Source of the DNA: a virus
Taxonomy: Duplodnaviria > Caudoviricetes
Reading direction: 5' to 3' (one strand)
IMG/VR virus record: IMGVR_UViG_3300030376_007323
Span: 1-64,000 of that record
Length of the DNA stretch: 64,000 bases
In this document: piece after piece, positions 59,101-64,000 of the stretch
Position numbering within the stretch: the first letter of the stretch is position 1
How the letters are laid out: every line of letters begins with the position of its first letter
Notes under the pieces: generated by a model
What the model was told of the DNA's origin: nothing
What the model saw: the letters and a program-made list of their open reading frames with translations, nothing else
Databases searched by the model: none
Made by a program: the position numbers and the translations under genes

Positions 59101-61001
59101 TATGTTGTTGAAGTAAAAGCGGTTGGTGGGTAGTTTGCACTATTTGCTGATAAAGCTTGGTAACAGTTACCTTCGGGTCCCGTCACAAAACAACCTGGTA
59201 GTATCCATGCTGCTCCATTCACATACTGACCTGCTGGCTCTCCTGGGTTCTGTCCACAATGATTTATTGTAACATCATCACATGGTGTTGACGTTCCTGG
59301 GGGACAATTAACACAGTCCGAAGAACATGCCTCCCAAATATGTTCCATTGGAATATTATTTTGGTACCATACACCTTGTAGTGTCATAGAAGGTGGCACA
59401 CCTGCCCAATCCGATGTGGTTGCTCCTGTTTGGAAAATATCTTTAACAGCCATAAAACAACAACAAGTATTGTATGTGGTGTCAAATACTATATCACCTA
59501 CTTGATAGTCTGTATATGGTGACCAGACACCTCTTTGTGCATTAAAACTAATAGAGTTCCAAATTCCAGTCATTCTATCTATATACTCATCTTTTGTTTC
59601 ACAAAAATCACAATCTTCTATTGTACATTCAAAACAATCATAAGCACCAAAAGCCAACGCGTTAAGACCACAACTTTCTGCTATGTATAAAGTTATACCA
59701 TTACTAAAGTCATAAAAATCGATTGGTGTTTGATTATTTGCTGATGATATTGTATAAGCTGTGTATATAGCATTTGCTACATTGATATACCCATACATCC
59801 CTGTTTCTATATTATTTGTATTAGGGTTAATTACGTCACCCCCTATAGGTACTATAGTACCATAGGTATATCCTGGTGGAAGAAATGCTGAGTTAGCTGT
59901 GGTGTATGTTTGAAATGCTCCTAGAAGACTTTCTGTTACACCCGTTACTTCAAAACAATTTGGAAATTGTGTCATACCAGTATATTCATTAATATCAGTA
60001 CCACTATCCCACGCTATATAATCCCCTTGACCTAAAACACCAGATGGGGCAGATGTATATCCAGTACCTATAGTTTGACCTGACGCATTAATAGTTAAAG
60101 CACTATTAGGTGGTATTCCACCTATAGCAGCTAATTGATTATAAGTGTAGTTAGGTGCTGTGATAACTTGAGATGTGGAGGTTTGTCCCCATGGTGTCTC
60201 TTGAGTTATGGTAATTCTATACTGCATAGGTGGTCCACCCATATATTGATGTGAACTAGAAACCACACCACTATTATAACTTAATGTTGTCGGTGGTGTC
60301 AAATCCCCCCAGTCTATTGTAAAAGGCAAATCTTGCAATTCTTTATAGTAACTAAAATCAGTTGTGTTAGTAATTTTTATAGTATCACCAGGCATTACAG
60401 TAGTACTTGCTGTGAAAACAAAATTAGAAAAGGTATCTTTTTGACTTATGTTACCATCCCAAAGTGAGTAGTGTCCAATATCGTTAAAGTCTTGGGATAA
60501 AAATAGTGTTACATTATTAAGATAGGGGTCTAAACCATTTTCACAATTACAAGGTCCAATATTATAGTTAATATTATATTCAGACGTTATGTTAATTGGT
60601 TTATTAAAGTTTACCCGTAAAGATTCGAATAAAGTGATAACATTATTATAACTTTCTCCTGTTACTACAGTGGTAGCTAAACTATCCACCACATTTATCC
60701 CATAGAATGCTTTGTAAGCATAATTACCTATATTTTTACAGTGCCCACTAGTTGCAGAAGTATATAAATCCCATAGTATAACACAGGGATTGGTGAACGA
60801 ACAATCTCTTAATTCTATAGGAAATGTTCTTATGTCCCCACTTAAAGCGTTTAAAATTTGTGAACCTGTTGAGTTATACATACTCATTCCTGAACAATCC
60901 ATACTATTGCTAATCGGCCAGTAGTTTGTCCCCCCACTACATGGTAAAGAAGTATAAACATCTGGATTAGTTCTTTTTATTCTAAAATTTAATCTTTCCA
61001 T
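53142..61001 (-). CDS. Giant Cys-rich repeat virion/fibre protein (2619 aa) with PKD-like and CBM5/12-like modules
   Basis: FTIDWGD PKD-like motif; W-x5-Y-x2-GD-x-V modules; about 20 G-x-Y-x-S/T-x3-C modules. Confidence 0.75.
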   Translation of the reverse strand: MERLNFRIKRTNPDVYTSLPCSGGTNYWPISNSMDCSGMSMYNSTGSQILNALSGDIRTFPIELRDCSFTNPCVILWDLYTSATSGHCKNIGNYAYKAFYGINVVDSLATTVVTGESYNNVITLFESLRVNFNKPINITSEYNINYNIGPCNCENGLDPYLNNVTLFLSQDFNDIGHYSLWDGNISQKDTFSNFVFTASTTVMPGDTIKITNTTDFSYYKELQDLPFTIDWGDLTPPTTLSYNSGVVSSSHQYMGGPPMQYRITITQETPWGQTSTSQVITAPNYTYNQLAAIGGIPPNSALTINASGQTIGTGYTSAPSGVLGQGDYIAWDSGTDINEYTGMTQFPNCFEVTGVTESLLGAFQTYTTANSAFLPPGYTYGTIVPIGGDVINPNTNNIETGMYGYINVANAIYTAYTISSANNQTPIDFYDFSNGITLYIAESCGLNALAFGAYDCFECTIEDCDFCETKDEYIDRMTGIWNSISFNAQRGVWSPYTDYQVGDIVFDTTYNTCCCFMAVKDIFQTGATTSDWAGVPPSMTLQGVWYQNNIPMEHIWEACSSDCVNCPPGTSTPCDDVTINHCGQNPGEPAGQYVNGAAWILPGCFVTGPEGNCYQALSANSANYPPTAFTSTTYWEYVGCSTWICPQDLNNIPLYGCELVPGTGITTTTNILQGYQYYEDCKDDFDDGECFPDKWVCENQYDCVGCIEIDSSHSAYTSFDPLNPLAGPVFNSQMDCEGWCNPPAFSCTTPTASNASECCTLFSCAEDDANATPGLYTNTVTSVMGLVPGVLPNGLTPNEWLAVYEQFYFTPDFGLSACNAGTAFTTDLGYQYSTSACCDYTGYEWSCCEGCYEVTIGGTYANLQECQQDPATMGGGIVPCGWSCETINQPCVECYDCGCGWGPWVSPSNATYPGYGYSACTADCTQIEQCYVCDCTSMTPCTLQSPCAGIIDNVTWFSGTAQGNIDCQTLCACNAGWDCFIDIDPSSTNYQGPTFCQDGVSGYYMAQNLLGFSNPAPGFTGYSSFSACCEATECCHAECDDTEALATLPGNQQLFPPGNWPCYYVQYVNAAAASACDPTGTNPLLPYCTMVECTSNLALNSFGDYVCSVSAVDDCVCPCDDYMNSIGMGGTVLTPQGMYQLGVVYGLHDIVYHSDADSPLCCYVCMLPSLWGAGGVGTAPDCITTFDCSCFIPDDGPATNGTPNPWETCGGTPGLPPAGCQPCGGGPSQTYECTPTGCTPSSCVFNPLFTPASQNCYTGNTCEEHCRASCYCEDPVTDTTNCVVLQDFINNSNTGIFFGGYPTFPPVPQGATHPVYPFLSLDACISSLGIIDCCSGSTSADTWYCDYTSNCESTAGVAGLGCVIVPPNTPGYPGPFTSLQDCQDYCTWECGCPPNGIGNCIFNALSPAVITYDSAFDCWAAFSSCDCCLPPEEWWCDTYGALNGDYSAAVPISACRNSTYFAGQTALYQQGAIGQLVGGPTDPTNTYFDAQVTNNFAGIGFANQADCEQFCRYCCDCAPPGTSNCNGVDWGVNMCPCTNVPSELTPYACEIATAGSAIGYPCTLATTDFYCLDIVGCSAFTSTSPPSTFVSGPHIDLLTCQSVCTWGCGDCISDCFCAGPQPPGTCNPIYYNLDDCIIGVTSTAFFASYSGCCDCYECSVIGSISYTYFDDPMNSWMVGSVTVTPFVGSAPAWVGGTNYSIGDVVSASWDGNSCCYVCVDDDPANLWIFNPGAYYQYYINDLVNNTPVWPGPAGPGVNASNSGTLVWVPCNSSCNNPVQQLTYDCIPGTTTPSPGTCQNKIKIPVSPLGSSTAIIWICDPANGVPPATTFDSFYFEGTLGANATTDPCYDNGNLLEIPNYGNFTQCPGDAAFQAAHMPFYYQSKQDLVNQLIAAGLAATNGMDWYQLKALISGVCGAFGSIFGGNYCQCPSTLCTCTSVVGTGGQYATIGECNQTLLSDPCCGFWVCENVISPQTTQQCTCVFDSTITSYNPLIHYYNQSDCENDPTTCCSAQTMTRWSCDQVDCNCIPDVWGAYASQYDCENDPAKCCWTGVTPTKYECKVGNNGLCKCVLDPTGQYTSIADCENDTLNCCWTGMTAETKYDCVSNLNGLCKCVPAPFGPYLTLSECQQSHTCCNTGITSTTRYDCKKTVVANLGLPGQTLSTQKCDCVPTGPLGQYASLADCLNDPDDCCWTATTSPICKPCIGTIGHAIIQNEFTGVWAPYNAAGMATPVQGNGSGGVTNWAPGLTWGYNEVTLSPLDGCCYISVTDSGTVVDPTSFYDPSVCYHNFVNGLACDGSTIFAPTPVTTAQSNAGDFSIWWPCDETCADAPGKEFECVNGNCVIQVGGQYSSLQDCQQYCWGGCDECLNSLSSYFSLVPQYPPLHLGLWSINMGGFYANNCVVDPTDDCCYCCVLLDEVGWMANTGGNPNAIRCKGGDIPSQNVGTTTSATYGGWQTCGVDVDGAPCFPDGECECCSLHLAPNLGGWPINWTPYPGSVGVYNYSLNDCVTNAKDGCCWCCANDSGAVVNNGSDSQSNVSNIPCQIINGSLISNSATWMNCGCDESGDQCPPVISNITCYKCVNTPTGWAIQTTSVSSLPCPQGWSTVPPICGIHQQTHM
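54420..55200 (-). repeat. Tandem Cys-module coding repeats within the giant gene
   Basis: gtcattttcacaatc recurs at about 54741, 54870, 54987; gtccaacaac at 54421, 54721, 54850. Confidence 0.8.
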
Positions 61002-61004
61002 AAA

Positions 61005-61910
61005 TTAAGGTGTTTGTGGGTTAATGTATTCATAAAACTTTATTGGTTGTTGTCCTGGTGGGAATCCGGTACCCACTTCACTACCCATACCAACTTGTCC
61101 AGCATTATAGTTATTTAAATTATATTTTCGTACTTTATAACTAAATTTAGGAGCAGCTGTTGGGTTTGGGTTTATTTTTAAAATCACTTCGTAATAGAAA
61201 TAATCAGTAAAATCGTATGTTACCGAACCAGAGTATGTGGGTGCTGGTGGACTTTCATTTATCATTCTTGTAACCTTACCTGTTTTGGCGTTAAAAAATT
61301 GACAGGACATATAAAATACATTTCCTTCAAATAAATCTCTCTTTTTATACCAATGTATATAATAATTTTCATTTAATCCTGGACGGGGTCTTAGTCTTAC
61401 TTTTGGTTCATAAAGTACCCAAGAAGGACTCACTATTCCTTGACTAATTTGTGTGAAGTATTCCAAAGCGTCGGTTGTTGAGTTTACTGGTACATTACCA
61501 CCTTTTAAACAATTATTTAAAGGCATAATGTTAGAAAACATTATTTTTTGTTGTTTTCTATCTGGTGAATCATAAAAATTAAATTTAAAAAAGCTTTTAA
61601 CAACAGAATTTGCATCAGTAGCTAATTCGTTGTCTGTAAAACCTACTAACTGAAAACTGTCTTGGTAAGACTGGGTGGTTTGATTAAAAAATTCAAACTG
61701 GTAGTAGATGTCGTTACCACTTACCGAATTATTAAAGGAGTATCTAGTAGTTTCAAAGTCTTGTATTATATTAATATTGTCTTGTATTTCTACTTCTTCA
61801 TAAGTTGTTATAAGTTGTTCTCTCCCTACCTCATCAAATGTATCCCCAATAGGTATAGTAATCTTTCTATCTTCACTAGAAACTTTTAGTTGTATTCTAT
61901 TGGCAGCCAT
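61005..61910 (-). CDS. Virion structural protein
   Basis: 301-aa ORF in structural block. Confidence 0.65.
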   Translation of the reverse strand: MAANRIQLKVSSEDRKITIPIGDTFDEVGREQLITTYEEVEIQDNINIIQDFETTRYSFNNSVSGNDIYYQFEFFNQTTQSYQDSFQLVGFTDNELATDANSVVKSFFKFNFYDSPDRKQQKIMFSNIMPLNNCLKGGNVPVNSTTDALEYFTQISQGIVSPSWVLYEPKVRLRPRPGLNENYYIHWYKKRDLFEGNVFYMSCQFFNAKTGKVTRMINESPPAPTYSGSVTYDFTDYFYYEVILKINPNPTAAPKFSYKVRKYNLNNYNAGQVGMGSEVGTGFPPGQQPIKFYEYINPQTP

Positions 61911-63702
61911 CTGTATACATATTTAAAATATTTATGGTACTTGCACTATACTCTGGTAATGTTAGTATCGGTCCTATGGGTTCAATCGTAAATTCCAATG
62001 TATGACTAGGGTAATGTGCATCATTAAGATATGGGTAAGTTACCCCGTTTGTTTCTTCCTCAAAGTACCCAACAGGTAATAATGGACGCCACCTAAATGT
62101 ACCTTCAACTAAAGAATAAGTAGAGTATTGTGGTGATGTAAAGAGTGAATCATTAAAATTAATCCCATTAGATAACTTTCTTATTGGTATACGGTGGTGT
62201 GGTTGGTATTTGTATATAGATTGGATGTATGGGTTACTCTGACTACCTGTCCCTAAAGCTGTGGGATTAAATTTAAGGGAGTGTCCTAACTCCGATATTA
62301 TCCTTTCTTTTATTTCATATGGGTTATACTCCACAAAAGCACCTCTATATGTTGTACCACTAACAGGTAATGGGTCTACACCATTTGTATTTGTTTGGAT
62401 TATGTTTGTTGGGTTGGTCCCATTATCCACGAACGGGTCTATAGAACCATCTTTTCTAAAGTTCCAACCCCAACCATATCCACAAGGTGAATTTCCACTT
62501 GTATAATCCCAAATTAAATTTCTATTGCTAGCAAGAATAGTTAGATATAAATCAATTACTGGACGATTTAGATTATCGTAATACATACTTCTATCTATAT
62601 CTTCAGTTATAGTCCACAAAAAAGATTTAAACTCCTCCTTAATTACTGTTTTTCCTAGATATCCCGGAGGGGTTTTACGGCCTTTAAATACTCTTCCTTT
62701 TTTATTGTATATTCCATTTTCAAACCCTGTCCTGCCCAAGGTATAATCTCGTGGGTTAGTTATTAGTTTATGTTCGTGAGTGTAATATTCACTTCTAGTT
62801 TCTGGATTATCCGGGTTTACGAATCTTTTTAATAAACCCACACCATTTGGTGGCATTGCTGTACCCCCACCCGCATTAATAGTTGTATTAATTAATCCTC
62901 TTGTGTTTATGTTTATTATATACCTATCGGAACCTGCTAGTTCATTACCAAGTGAATCCACTTCAAATAAAGTTTGTACTGTAGTGTTTAGTGTCCCGTT
63001 AATATTTAATTGTAAAACAATACTCCCAATAAAATCTACACCCCCAAAAGAAAATGTCTGACCACCTACTTCAGGTTGTAATTCTATGTACTCCCCAGGT
63101 ATTAAACCATGGGGCACTGGAGTTGTTATTCTTAAAATTTCTTTTCCTTGGTCATATGTGACTTCTAGTTCAAAAGGAATCCCATCACTAGATATAAAGT
63201 TTAAACCTTGATTTAAATCATAATCACTATAATAAGTCATATGTTGACTTGTATTACCAGAATGTACATAAGAAATATATAATAACCAATTGTCTTGGAA
63301 ACATACTAAATCATCATAATTAAATGTTTTAGTAGACGGCCCAAAAGGACCTGGAGGCATAAAATCAAAAACTCTCGCTGGTGGTAATCCTAGACATGGT
63401 GTGTTATTACATCCAATATAATCCGGTAAAAAGTACATACTTTCTAGAAAATCTACATCAGAAGTTACACCAGTTATTATATTTTCAAATAAAACATCTA
63501 TTTTACCATACATTCTATAAAACTGAGAGTAGTCACGTTCAAAATTAAATTGTTCTACAACATTTAACACCCTATTTCTATCTCCTTGAATTAGGGTTCG
63601 TTTTTCGGAAGTAAGTAATGGTTGTAATGATACATCAAAATCTTTAGCTCCTTTGTACTTGGAGCTTCCTTTTACTATCCTTATGTTTTTTCTATTACTC
63701 AT
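61897..63702 (-). CDS. Virion structural protein
   Basis: 601-aa ORF in structural block. Confidence 0.65.
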   Translation of the reverse strand: MSNRKNIRIVKGSSKYKGAKDFDVSLQPLLTSEKRTLIQGDRNRVLNVVEQFNFERDYSQFYRMYGKIDVLFENIITGVTSDVDFLESMYFLPDYIGCNNTPCLGLPPARVFDFMPPGPFGPSTKTFNYDDLVCFQDNWLLYISYVHSGNTSQHMTYYSDYDLNQGLNFISSDGIPFELEVTYDQGKEILRITTPVPHGLIPGEYIELQPEVGGQTFSFGGVDFIGSIVLQLNINGTLNTTVQTLFEVDSLGNELAGSDRYIININTRGLINTTINAGGGTAMPPNGVGLLKRFVNPDNPETRSEYYTHEHKLITNPRDYTLGRTGFENGIYNKKGRVFKGRKTPPGYLGKTVIKEEFKSFLWTITEDIDRSMYYDNLNRPVIDLYLTILASNRNLIWDYTSGNSPCGYGWGWNFRKDGSIDPFVDNGTNPTNIIQTNTNGVDPLPVSGTTYRGAFVEYNPYEIKERIISELGHSLKFNPTALGTGSQSNPYIQSIYKYQPHHRIPIRKLSNGINFNDSLFTSPQYSTYSLVEGTFRWRPLLPVGYFEEETNGVTYPYLNDAHYPSHTLEFTIEPIGPILTLPEYSASTINILNMYTDGCQ

Positions 63703-64000
63703 TACACTACTGTATCTGCTAAGTCATCATCAACATACAATCTAATAAAAGTATTGTATGAAGTTGCTCCTGGTCTCAAACCAAAGTAATAAAATACTGG
63801 TTGTGAGAAATTTATTTGAGGAGCACTATTAGGGGTTAGTGGAGGGAACTGGGTTGAGCCAGTGAATCCTATATCAAATCCCATATTATTTTGGAATGAT
63901 GATGAGGGTGGTAAATTATTATAAACATATTGTACTGGTAAAGTCAAACTTAGTCCTGGTATAATACTCATTCCTTGAGCTGGTACTATAGCTACCCTAT
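63702..64000 (-). CDS. 3' end of a virion protein gene starting beyond the window
   Basis: Frame stays open upstream of ATG 63971 (...RVAIVPAQGM); ends FYYFGLRPGATSY. Confidence 0.7.
   Translation of the reverse strand, partial: RVAIVPAQGMSIIPGLSLTLPVQYVYNNLPPSSSFQNNMGFDIGFTGSTQFPPLTPNSAPQINFSQPVFYYFGLRPGATSYNTFIRLYVDDDLADTVV

Noticed and set aside
53142-61001. CRISPR array or DGR template/variable repeat in the repeat-rich gene
   Set aside because: Repeats are in-frame, degenerate and protein-coding; no constant repeat-spacer pattern, no adenine-specific mismatch pair noticed, no reverse transcriptase or cas gene in the window
1296-62506. Many 60-220 aa + strand ORFs in the track (e.g. 2553, 13448, 25454, 25967) and nested minus-strand ORFs (e.g. 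17733, 18491, 35021, 57173)
   Set aside because: They lie antisense to or inside well-supported genes, have Phe/Leu/Ser-biased shadow composition and no motifs
1-64000. Stop-codon reassignment as in some large phages
   Set aside because: Standard code gives full-length genes with tight packing; TAA, TAG and TGA all occur at genuine gene ends
1-64000. tRNA, rRNA or large structured ncRNA genes
   Set aside because: Intergenic gaps are short and AT-rich and no cloverleaf was recognised by eye; tRNAscan-SE/Infernal would be needed to exclude them formally

Overview
AT-rich, very densely coding 64-kb segment, almost all on the minus strand, that reads as part of a large (jumbo-type) tailed dsDNA phage infecting Bacteroidota. 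Host evidence: a Bacteroidota-type RpoD sigma factor, TTTG-N19/20-TAnnTTTG promoters, an Hc1 histone-like protein, DUF2452/DUF2061 and an SprB-like repeat. Positions 1-34 kb hold small accessory and host-derived genes (GSII glutamine synthetase, cysteine synthase, cyclophilin, DnaJ, HAD phosphatase, DUF4338), wall-lytic enzymes, the sigma factor and DNA-metabolism genes (SbcC/SbcD-like, primase, RuvC-like, two nucleases). Positions 34-64 kb are a block of large virion (baseplate/tail/fibre) genes, including a 2619-aa extremely Cys-rich repeat protein. The most notable unexplained structure: (i) two promoter classes readable directly from the sequence, host-type promoters giving apparently leaderless mRNAs and an ATATTTAT motif before virion-type genes; (ii) a shared N-terminal leader M-K/R-I-x-I-T-E-x-Q...hydrophobic-x-E on unrelated enzymes, suggesting a capsid-cargo targeting system; (iii) a terminator hairpin with the late motif in its loop directly before a cell-wall hydrolase; (iv) a sigma54-like promoter plus palindromic operator in front of the phage sigma gene; (v) a disulfide-rich giant fibre in the same genome as cysteine-supply and folding genes. 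No tRNA, rRNA, CRISPR array, integrase or reverse transcriptase was recognised. All family calls are by motif recognition only; no searches were run.
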